Source: Ascidiella aspersa (Eukaryota). From it: a stretch of 64,000 nucleotides of DNA. Where the stretch lies: contig OZ004615.1 of NCBI GenBank assembly GCA_963924565.1, positions 8,928,001 through 8,992,000 on the forward strand. Direction: 5' to 3'. This document shows positions 37,601 through 48,811 of this stretch, one piece after another. Positions within the stretch are counted from its first letter, which is position 1; each line of letters opens with the position of its first letter. A model generated the notes under the pieces. It searched no databases and was not told the origin of the DNA. It was given only the letters and a program-made list of their open reading frames with translations. A program made the position numbers and the translations under genes.

Positions 37601-40600
37601 TATTTTGGTCTATTAATACAAAAAACATATTGACATGTGGTAGTTTTGGTGGGGCCTGATTGCATTATTTTATGAATGCTAAAGTTTAAATTTAATTCCA
37701 ATGCATTAAGTGTAAACAAGTTAATTTTATTGTAATACCTAGTTATCCATGTTTCACTGAAAATCGTCAAACCCCACCAGTGGAGCACAAATGCCCACTT
37801 TGAGAAGGAATGCTATGCAATTGTATGCAATATATATAATACAGTGAAATGTATTTTAGGAGCTTGATCACATGAAAAATAACCACAAACTCAAAATAAA
37901 AGCAAGACAAGCCATTGGATTTTTAAATGGGTTGGTAAATTTTACTTGTTCTGGTTACATGCTCGGTATAGTTTACAGTATTTTTCGTCTATAAAGTACA
38001 TGACTTTTCATTTGCTGACTGTCGCTTACAATATTGTTTAAAAGTAGAATAAATATGAATGGGCCAGTGCGTGTGTGATTCGCTCCCTGTGAGTCCTGGT
38101 TGACATCCGTTCGCCTGTCCGACTATAGAGCCTAAATTGGTTGCTGTCAGGAGACATATACTTATTGGTCAATATGTTGATCATCATAATTTCAGGTCAT
38201 TTGTTGCGTAATGGCTTGTGATACACACTTGCAATTCTCGACAACAAAGTGACCATATACCTTGCATGTGGCACCAAATCCTACGCATTTAATAGTCCCG
38301 TTAAACAATTGATGGTCTCTAGTTGCAGTACAAAATATTTTTTTTAAATAAGCATCTGAACTATTCACTTGATCTTAAGTAATTTATGTTGACATATTAA
38401 AGTTACTAAAATCATACCCACAACCTACCAATTTAGATTAAATAACATAGCTCAGTATCATTTACTTTGCTCTATGAGGGGGACAACTTTAGATTTTAGC
38501 TGGGGGTGCCGAGCAAATACCACGCCTCACACCTCAAGATAAACAATTTGAATGACTAAATCATGGCACAAAAAACAGATGGGCGTAGATCAGAAATTCG
38601 CAGATGGTGTGCCAACATTTTAATGACTGTAATTTTGTCCGGACCAGTACCGATTGTTAGACACTTATCTGATTGGCAAGAGCAAATTGTAGTCCAATAA
38701 TAACCCTACAATATCAAGAGGCTGTGATATTTTCTTAAAATGTAGCAGTATAAGGTAATTTATGTGTACCAGTACTGACTATCAAAGAACGTTTACAGAC
38801 TCCTGTTAAAATTATTCCCACTGTTGGGTATTATATTATTACTTTTTTAGGCACTTTTCGTCGAAAAAGTTGGGTATACGAGGTCAAACAATTATGGAAG
38901 CTGCCTCATTTTTTGGTAAGCTGTGTAATTTTTAAATTATAAGATGAGTATTCTATACAAGATAAACATTACAATTGTTGTTCTGTCAAAAAACTATGTT
39001 TTTATATAAAGGTCTAACAAAACATGTGTGATACAGGTGACTTTTATTTTCAGATGGTTTAGCACCCGAAACCAACGATGACCGAATTTTACAATGTCTA
39101 TATTTCTTTAGTCAAATGCAGGGTTATCATGTGACAGTGTTATTCAGCTATGACAAAAATTTGTGCAATAAAGCCCTAGTCAGTAACTTCAGGTGGAGTT
39201 ATTTTAAAGATTTAAAACAAAAGTTAAAACCTTATTATAAGTAGTAACTTATAATCATAGGTGTTATTTAACTTAAAATTTTCTCCATAAGGACATGGTA
39301 TTTCAAAAATAATAATTAAAAAGTGGTATATATTTGAAAAACATTTAAAATTTTATTTTAAATTAAACCGCTATTTTTCGAATGAGTTTGTGCACTTAAA
39401 TCTTTGCTTTGTTGTAGAACTTTCACGAGCTTAGAGGGTTTGTTGAAGGAAATTACGATGATGGCCACTGACCCAAATCTGGAATTTGATAAGAATAAAA
39501 AAACTTCAAACTTTAACAGTCCAAGAATTCAGAATAGTTCAACAGGTATGTTTCAATTTTGGAATTAGTTTGCACTAGAGTGTAGTATACACAATTATCA
39601 CTGTATTCTTTTTGGAAAATGTTAACACAATACCTTTTGTGTGTGTTTTCAATCTTTAGATATTAACGACAATGTTAAACTGGAATGCGAGAAAAATCAA
39701 TCACTTGACAACAATGATAACGTGATCTTCGAATGTTCGTCTAATAATTCAACTAATTTTCTGCCCATCTTGCAAATAGAAAAGTTGTGTTGTACAGCCC
39801 TCAGCGCAATTCTCGAGACTGAAATGAGAAAGAGTTATGGCGACAATTTGTGGGAAGAAATTGTTATTCTTAAACCGCCGTGGTCATTGCAAGGTATTTT
39901 AATGTTATTCAATTTTTGCTTAATATTTCGCCACGTTTACTGTGTTTTGTTACCATTAGTTTAGATTTTATACTAAATTTTAGCTTACCCAACTGGAGTT
40001 ACACGCAGGTTAAGCTTAAAGTTTTTATTGACATTCAGTGTTTGTAATACGCATTTTTTGCCTGAACGAGTTGTCTGCAAATTTACGGTGTTTTTTTGCA
40101 GATGTCCTTCTGTGCGTGAAGAAGCATTGGATTGCCGTCTTCAGCATGGTCGGAGTGGACAGGCTTGCTTCAGTGCACGTCGAAAGGTTACTTCGGATGG
40201 TCAAGTGTAATTCCATCACATTTAGGTCATCGCCGAAAAAAGCTGGTGAATGTTTTAATTATTCCCACAAAGTTATTTTTGTGATAAATGGTGTAACAAT
40301 GTCGATATCCACTAAACTACGCCGTTTCATACAACTTTAACCTACAGCAAGGATGGCGAACCACTGGCCCGCGGGTCACAAAGTGACCCACCACAGATGA
40401 CTCACTTGTATCTCTAGAAATACCGAAATGTTATCAATCATTTTCAGGAAATAATAAATGTAAAAAAAAATTCTTCGTTCTATAGCACTATACCGTCTAA
40501 ATCAAGACTCCCCAATCTGTTGGTCGTGCAAAAATGTTTAGGGTTGACGAGTATACGCCTACATTAATTGCACTTTAACAAATGCGTGCAGAAAATCAGA

Positions 40601-43357
40601 CAACTAATAGCATTTTGTTTATCGCTGTAAAACGTAAAGGGTGGCGGGAAATTAAGAACTCGCAGAATAAAAATTGTGATTACCCTGTAATGCTTAAAAA
40701 CTTTCTGCTGAACCCCTGTAATCCCATGAAATGCTGCAGCATTTTAGGTTCTTAATATTTGTGAGAATCCGAATTTGAAGATTGTTCAAAAACCTTCAAT
40801 TTCCAACCCAGACAATAACAACTAAAACGAGGCAGCAGCAAAGTTTTGCATAAAATTACCAAATAATTAAATATATGACATACTTCAGCATTGTGTATAG
40901 ATTAAGTCGTATTTGTGACCCGCGCGATGAAAAGTTTCGCCATCCTTGACCTATAGCAAACCTGCGAAGGGGTTTCGCAGTCATATTGATAAAGTTATAG
41001 TGATGTGATAGGATACTCCGCTCTAAGGAAAGATATCTTAACGTCGACTGTTGAGCTTCTTAAAGCAATTACGAGCAGACGGAAATACAACCCAAACGTA
41101 ACTGAAGCTGTTGCAGTGTTAGAGAAACAGAAAAGGGTAATGGATGTCGGTTTTGTGTTTCAATATTACGCTTTGCTCTTTTTGCAACAATAAGACCCCT
41201 TTATTTGTAGATATTTTCCCAAACTTCACCTGAGAAAACCCCAGTTTGCAATACTCCTGATAAGAAGAGAACTTCACTCGCTTCCGGTGGTAAAAAAATA
41301 GTTTAACTATCTACACTTTTATATCAGCTTTAATTAGTTAACGTGCGATATTCGTGTGGTCGACAAAATCTTGCTCCAAAAGTCTATCATGTAGTGTTGT
41401 AAGCGATATATTGTCAGAAATGCCTTTAAAATTAGGTCCATGTTGTGAATTAAAGAAAACTATCTCATTATATTTTATTAGATTTAGTGGAAATTATTTT
41501 TGTGGTTGCATCGTAAAAGTTCTAATCGTTTGTAAACTAATGCTCTCATTTTCAAAACTTGAAATCGCTAGTTGTCAAGCTGTGGTTACTCTAATTGCCC
41601 TGTAGCAAGACCTTTACATCGGAAACTTTTTTAGATCATACCCCTATTTCGCCGCTGAATTGTCGACGCTCGCCCAAGGACAACGAAGGCTTTCAAGTAA
41701 AAGCAGAGAGTTCTACAAGCATGATTAAGCCTGACGAGTTTTGGAAAGTCTTGGACCAGGTAGAAAAACGCGGAAACAATATACATAAAGCGGCGAGCTA
41801 AATTTCGTGACCGGTTTTCAGTATTTCCATTTGGCAAAAGTTCAATTCTATATCACGGGTTGCAGAAACCATTAACATTGCAAAAATAAAAAAAATGTCC
41901 GGGTTTATAATATGTTGGTTAATAATGTTTTTGCTTGTATTTTTAAACTAACGCAAGAAATTATTTCAGTTGTATAACTTGAAAAATTAAATGTTTTGTT
42001 TTTTTCCTTATATGGCGGGCCAATAAAGGTATGGTCATCGATTGTCGTTCACTGTGTCGCCATATTCCGAAGCCTGTCTTTCGTGACTTCACCCGCGTTT
42101 AGCCAATCGCCGCCCGAGTTGCAGCGACAGCTTGTGGAAAGTGAGGAGGAAATACCCAGTCCCGAGATGGCGCTACGTGTTCTCCCTTTGCTGCTGCAGA
42201 TGATAGAAGGGCTTGTGGCGACATTGGAAATGTAAGAACACACAAAAAAATTAGTGAGAAATTTAAAGCATCCAGCAAACACGTTTAGGCTTAAGATTAC
42301 TATTTATTTCTTTCATACAGGGTCGGTTATTCCACCTGTAATAACGATATTTTATTGTGGTGACTTATTATGTTTTGTACATTTTATGCCATTAGGACTT
42401 TTCGGCGTTCGCGTCGCGTTGGAAAGTTCGGTACATTAAAGTGCCATAGTTTTGACATTTTGGTGGATTTCCGTGCACCCATTTTAGGGTAGTTCGAAAA
42501 TTAATCCCGCGTAGGCACAACATATGTAGCCTTAAAAAAGTGATACCAATTATGAATATCAATAAGTTAAGTACATTTAGAATAAAAACCATAACAAACG
42601 ACCAGTGAATGACTACAAACGAACATTATTTAATATTTGAATACTTTTTAAGAATATTGCAAGCTTGTCAGAGCGAAGGGTCGGTGCCGACTTTGGCGCA
42701 CTGCCTTGACCTTCTTCAAACTCTTTGGACGACAAGTCAAGCCCTTGCCATTCAAACCAATGTTGAAAGGTTAGTCACAAATTGCACACAGTATAAAATC
42801 GAATGTTTATACGCCGCCCGGTTATGCTGCTTGGGCATTTTTAAGAATCGTTCGTTTCGGCAACATTATCAATGTAAGATTTTAAAACTCCAAAATTTGT
42901 CCAATGGCGAGATAACATGATCAGGTTTAGATTTATATTTTAACTGAGAACTTTTACATGATAAGCTTTAAATAAACCTGATCTTTTACATGATCATGTT
43001 TACATAAAAAATGATCAGGTTTATTTTTACCGAGAGCAATCGATATAAATATGATTTATTTATAAATATTGTTCAGTGTTGTAAATCAACAAACCGAGCT
43101 CAATATCCGGCTGTCAAATAACAGTAGTGCAATACTGACATGACTATACTTAACAGTAATTTTACGCGGGTTTACTTAATGTGCTTAGTGTTTTATTAAT
43201 GTCCATGGTGTTAAGTTTGCGCCCTCCAGTGGTACAGTCGTGCGCAACCCACCAGAAGGACAAGCAGCAACTTCTCACGGGTTACAAGAAGCTGGTTTCT
43301 GTGCGCGAATTGTTGCAAGACTGCCACACGGTAACACTCCAAAGCATAGAAACATAA
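34694..43357 (+). CDS. SWT1: SWT1 RNA endoribonuclease homolog (WW domain + PIN domain + C-terminal helical region), ~870 aa, 17 coding exons
   Basis: Exons 34694-34832, 35388-35483, 36299-36867, 36937-36988, 37238-37422, 37860-37930, 38851-38915, 39054-39192, 39418-39545, 39660-39893, 40102-40245, 41012-41136, 41211-41289, 41635-41759, 42029-42231, 42653-42769, 43216-43357 (2613 nt, phases consistent). PIN motifs VVVDTNVFL, VPWVVLQELDHMK, NDDRILQC, DKNLCNKA; SWT1-type LSAILETEM..YGDNLWEEIVILKPPWSL..KKHWIAVF; WW domain LPKYW..RVFYFNTLTGKSSWKHP. The last exon may instead splice from 43330 to ~43548 (IRVL*). Confidence 0.9.
34947..35132. repeat. Degenerate foldback/MITE-like inverted repeat in SWT1 intron 1
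   Basis: TATTTGGGTTAAGG..TTAGCGTTTGGGT mirrored by ACCTAAACACTAA..CCTAACCTAAATA around an AT-rich centre; ends uncertain. Confidence 0.4.
40348..40948. mobile_element. Non-autonomous hAT element (601 bp) in an SWT1 intron
   Basis: Perfect 13 bp TIRs CAAGGATGGCGAA / TTCGCCATCCTTG, subterminal CGCGGGTCACAAA / TTTGTGACCCGCG, 8 bp TSD acctacag/acctatag. Confidence 0.9.
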
Positions 43358-45664
43358 TTGTTTGTTTACCTGTAATGTTAAGCAGCTTGTCTTCAGAAGG
43401 CAACTGTTTATGTTTCTCAGGAACATAGCGTACGTGCTCACGTGATGTTTATCTATTTACTTGCAATGCCAGTTTGTGTACTGTGCATATGTACTCTCAC
43501 TTCGCTTTCTTGTTATTTTTCCCTTTCTATTTTTTCTCACTTTTTAGATACGTGTGTTGTAGCACAACCGTCCGGGGATTCCCCTTTTCTTGAACATACC
43601 ATAGTGTCAAACAATGGTTAGTATCAGTGCTTCTAAACCTCTTACCAGTGCAAATCTCTGCAAAAGTTCAAATTTGCGCGGAACCATATTATATTTTCGT
43701 TCATTTTAAAAACGGAATATGAAACTCTCGCGTATTGTTTTCTATTCGGGAATGCAAGTTATTTTCTAATACCCGTTATAGAAATACCTAATTTTGCGTG
43801 ATTGAAGTCCTCATAAAACGATTGTAAATGTATATATTACCTCATATATTCTAGTATTTACATTAATCTTACCTTTCGCGTTACACACATAGCCGCACAA
43901 CCGTACAGAAACGCTTAGTTTAGTCACACATATTTCCGTTATGTTGCTTAATGAATATTTCAAAAAACGGAAATTAACACAAAAAAATGTAATTATCTTA
44001 GGTGGAAAGTAAACTTTTAATATATCTATAAAAGAGGTATTTCAAAAAAAAAATCGCAAAATCTCGTGTTAATTTAATGAGCTAGTTTGCGTCAAAACAA
44101 TACAACATTACTTTTTTATTATAACCTCCGAAGATTGGATTACCTATAGGGATATTTTCTCAAAGAAAAAACACTTGCAGCTTGACAGATAGGTAAAAAC
44201 AATGCTAATTGAGAGCAATGTGCTTAATGAAAAGTAATCCATGTACGAACCCCTTATAAGTGGCACAATGCCTGCTTGGAGCAACAGTATATTTTTCCGT
44301 TGTTGTCCAAGGGCTATTTTGGAGAAAGTTAACTTAAAATTTGTTCTTTTCGTAGCGATAAAAAATTTAAAAGGTAATATTATTGGTAATATTACAATAT
44401 TATTTAAAATAATTTATGTTCTTTAAGTGATATAACCAAGCATAAATTATTTCGAGCGCTATCTTTTAAATTGTTTTGACAACTCCATTGAAATACCTTA
44501 TATTAATTATATAAGCTATCTTTGTAACTATGTAGGTATTTTTCAAAAATATTCCCTTGAAACTACTATACGTTTATGGAAATATGTACTCTTTTATTGT
44601 ATTTAAACATTTTTTCTAAGTTTGAAAGGAGCGGGCATATAGTTTCAGAAAGCCTTGCAAGGATTGCACTGGTGGTAAGGTTAGAAGCACCATTATTCTG
44701 AATATGTCATTTTCCCAAAGTGTTTTTTACCTATGTATTATTTCCTTGGCTCGGAACGTTGTAGATCAGAGTGGTTCAAAGTGGCCAGCATTCACAAAAC
44801 TACTTGCGTATTACTCGCGGCTTACATAGCTAGGCTGCATTAAAGCTACGAAAACGTGAACGCTTTATTTAATATAGTTAAACTTTTTAAACCGTTACAA
44901 AACAGTTTGAACACATTTTCTATCCATTAAAAATCTATTCTTGAGTATTTCCTTTAAGGAAGTGGTTCTTGAAATTTTCGCTTTTGCCTACACACGAACC
45001 TTCCGAGCCCTGCATTTATCACTGAACGATAATTTGTTTGGGAGCGCTCGTTTCTTCGAGAAACGTGATAGTTGTGATCATCCAAAGTTACGTTTCCGAC
45101 CAGAAGCTCTTTCTTATTCACGTGATTGGATGGTGTGTGTTGCATTTAGGTTATAGAAACCCGAATTAATCCATTTCTTCTCGGCACATGATTTTCGATT
45201 AATATTAAAAAATGCCTATTAAAAATCTCGAAACTAAAATATTAAACGATAGTATAAGCGAAACTGCGTTTTTTTAAAGCAAAAAACGACTTATGATGAT
45301 GTAAAACCTCCAGATATATCCCAAGAACAATTACAACCATTACGATAAATCACTATATACTGCAACAGATTACTTAATAATCATACCGGTATAAAATATT
45401 ATCTACAGGCGTAAACTTTATTTTCAAAATGTTTTCTTGTGAAATGATGACATACCTTGTAGTTCATAACAACCTTATTCCAAAAAAGACATTGACAGTT
45501 TTGCTATTAGCCAGACGCAACTAAAACGCGTTATTTGTAAACTTATGTTTTGTACAAACAACCTTGTTAAAGCAAATGTAATTTTATTGGTACACCGAAA
45601 GCCATAGCAGACTCACCAAATTTGTCGATGAATGATGCAATCAAGTCCGGCTAGAAAAACAACT

Positions 45665-45739
45665 AGCCTGCAGTGAGGTTCGAACTCACGACCTCCGGCC
45701 ATGCCGGGACCGTCGCTCTACCAACTGAGCTACACAGGC
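45665..45739 (-). tRNA. tRNA-like gene (Thr-like scaffold) with non-canonical anticodon arm; nominal loop triplet GGC; possibly a pseudo-tRNA or repeat-associated Pol III unit
   Basis: GCCTGTG TA GCTC-AGTTGGTA-GAGC G A-CGGTC-CCGGCAT-GGCCG-G AGGTC GTGAG-TTCGAAC-CTCAC TGCAGGC T; intact A and B boxes, cloverleaf fold, T5 terminator 5 nt downstream; anticodon arm 2 nt too long and lacks U33. Confidence 0.65.
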
Positions 45740-46003
45740 TTAGAGGGGAGCGAGTCAAGAAATAACCACACGCCAATGCTTGCTACATTCTGTTAATACA
45801 AGCAACTTCATATTAAAGGGGATACACAGTACCTTATCATCATTCAATTAAAGATACACACACATATGTGTTCAGCAATGTAGGAAAGTATTGGCGGAAC
45901 GTAGCAAGCGTTGTCTTATGGTTGTCCCAATGTGAAGTTGCTTCTACTAACAGAATGTAGCAAGCATTGGCGTGTGGTTATTTCTCGACTCGCTCCTCTC
46001 TGA

Positions 46004-46078
46004 GCATGTGTAGCTCAGTTGGTAGAGCGACGGTCCCGGCATGGCCGGAGGTTGTGTGTTCGAACCTCACTGCAGGCT
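46004..46078 (+). tRNA. Second, slightly degenerate copy of the same tRNA-like gene
   Basis: GCATGTGTAGCTCAGTTGGTAGAGCGACGGTCCCGGCATGGCCGGAGGTTGTGTGTTCGAACCTCACTGCAGGCT then AGTTGTTTTT; 3 substitutions relative to the minus copy (one acceptor-stem and one T-stem mismatch). Confidence 0.6.
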
Positions 46079-48811
46079 AGTTGTTTTTGTAGCCTGTCTT
46101 GCTTGCATCATTGAAGGACAGATTCGGTGAGTCTGCGATGGCTTTCGGTGCTAATGATACGTAGGTCGTAATCGTTGGTCAAAAATCAGCTTCAGAAGGG
46201 CAACATCACAGTTGCTAAACACATGTGTGTGTGAATCTTTCATTAAATAGTTTTAATGGGTAACGAAATATCATTGAATGGAGCGCTTTACCAGAAACGA
46301 ATCCTACCAAACCCTATATGATGCAAAGTAAGCCGAAACCTATGCCCTTGTTTAAAAAAGTTCCAGTTAAAAACACAATAATCCTTCTGAAGAAGTGTAT
46401 TGGGTTAAATAGAATACCATCGTTTTCCTGTTTAGCTTTTGCCGTACGTAACATAGCTATATGGACACACACCATCTAACAATTTTAAAAAAGCTTTACG
46501 ACATACCCGACCTCGTTCCGCTGAAACAAATCGTTTTCTAGATTTTTCTGCTGCGAGTTAATTTTAGCAATTTTTTTGCCAAAAGGAAACACTTATTATA
46601 AATAACTATCACTTTTTTTGTTTGCCTTTAGTCAGTTCATATATAATGCTTTGATTATTGCAAATTGTTTGGATCTTTTTTAAGTTTTTGTTGACAATCT
46701 CGACTTTTGTTTATTTCCCTAAACCTCCTTTTCCCTTACTCTTTTTGTATTTTCTATTGTCGTGTAAGCTAACAGTTTGGTTGGTACCGTGTTAGTGTAT
46801 TTTCCATTCGTTTTCAATTATATGTTGTACACCCGCGTGGGCCTGTATTACGTTCTTTCTATGCTATTTATGTATCACTACTTCGTCATTAAACGCCCGT
46901 TATACTTTTTCGATTTTGTTCATTCTTTTAGTTAATTGCTTTGCTTTAAAATGCAATATTGCTAAAAAAAACTTATTAAACTCTTTTAGAAAATTCGAAA
47001 TGCCCTGCCAAGTGTAGCAGTACATTGCCTCGTTGGTAAAACTTTTTAAAAGTAAACCGCATGTTAAACAATAGGGTGTATCTTTATAGAATCCAAAACC
47101 ATCGGTTTAGCCAGTCGATCACTGCTCCGCTGACGCGTATATTAACAAGTAAAACTCATAGTTGAAAACTCGAGTAAAAACAGGATCAGACGTTTTGTTT
47201 AAAAGGAAAATATATTTCGCCAACTGGCATCATCAGTTCCTGTAAGAGTACAAATAAATAAAATCAGAGCGCAGCCATCAACAAACCAATAAAAGTAAAC
47301 AATAAAATATTAAAACTTGATAATAGACTAAAAACGCAATGAAAAGTACTACAGCCTCGCAGGCAACACGGCTGGAACAAATGAGTAGGCGACGCAAATA
47401 AGTGAAGGAAGGGGAAAAAATACATATGCGCAGTGCGAGATGCTAGACGGTAAAATGCGGCTCGAATGGGTAGCGATAAGATAGCGGTTTATCTTATTCG
47501 CGGTAGAACCATTTTTTGGATGTTAATTGTTGCGTTGACTACCTTTAGCCACTTAGTTTCACATATGTCCAACTTTTTCAAAGGTGTTTTGTGTAAAAAT
47601 GTTATGCTGAAACACTCTGCAATGGTAGGCCTCTGCCTCAGCATGGACATGTGTTTGTCAGCGTAGTGGCGCAGAAGTGCTGCTTTGTCGTTATTTTCTG
47701 TTAAAAGTACGTCCTGTTATAACGCTCTACACACAAAAACTTACGACATCGATTCGCTTTCGTTTTCCCCCCCGCACATAAAGCTGATTTAATTAATGAG
47801 TAAAAAATTAAAAAAAAATATTCTCATAGCGTAAAAACAAACGCAGTGAGCTAATACATTTTTTTCCCAATACCGTTTTAATTCAATATAATTTCCTAAA
47901 CTTTACAAATTGGAGTTCAATTTAGGTTTAACTCCTTGAGACAAACAGTGATTTAGCATGAAGATATTTACTCTCAAGGGCGTTCATTCAAAGCCTTCTA
48001 AGGTATTGACAAAGACGGGATCTCTATGCTTTGTTTACCACTGGACATACCGACGCTTGAATCGTTGACCTATTCACACAACGAAGTTTATTTACACATC
48101 GACTTGGCAGAAAACAAGCGTTTTGGTCGTACGTTACCTCGTGCCAACTATATCTACGTACAAATCTTAGCCATTGTTCAGGCAAAAACTTGTGAAACCG
48201 GAAACGCGGCAACCGCTCTGAAGCGGTCAATGCTTAAAGAGTCGAGGCATTTAACTCACTGATGGTCGAGCGCTAAATATTTACTTTACGATGGCCCGGT
48301 TGCCAGTTGAACGTTTTACGACGTCCTTTTTTTCGAGCGTTGGGAATCCTGTCGCTGTTTGCACAGAACCAACGAAAAGCACTGATTCATTAGTTTGTCG
48401 ATATCATTGCTGGCCCGGTAAACAGCAGCAGAGTCGAATTTTGTGGGTTTAGTTTAGAATTTACGTGGGATCTTACAGGAGGTATTTTCGCAGTTTTCGA
48501 CATATGGTCCGAAATGAATATAAAAAGAGATAAGGTTTTGATTTTCAAAAATAGCAGAAGAACAGTGCTAAGACTACTGGATTTGTAATTTTCTGCGGTC
48601 GACTACAAACCGCCACACTTTTGTTGTCAATCAATCAGATGAAGCATTGGCATAACCAACGAAATACTTTTGTTTTAGCAAAGAACCGAACTATTTCGTA
48701 CAAGGTTAATGATATCTACTGAAAATACAGTAATTCCATTAAAGTAATCTAAAGTTATTAAAAGTTAGGCGAGTTACAAAATTTAGATTTGCGAATTTAT
48801 CCTTCATTCAA

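Larger units (their letters stand above)
45593..46150. repeat. Inverted repeat, ~222 bp arms (45593-45814 / 45929-46150) with a 114 bp spacer, each arm containing the tRNA-like gene
   Basis: CACCGAAAGCCAT..GCAACTTCATATT is the reverse complement of AATGTGAAGTTGC..ATGGCTTTCGGTG with scattered substitutions. Confidence 0.92.

Noticed and set aside
45665-46078. Calling the tRNA-like genes standard tRNA-Ala(GGC) or selenocysteine tRNA
   Set aside because: No G3:U70, no U33 and an over-long anticodon arm; no TCA anticodon or long variable arm
48130-48315. RFX X-box-like motifs upstream of TPPP (GTTACC.., GTTGCCAGTTGAAC)
   Set aside because: Only half-sites match; too weak to claim ciliary regulation
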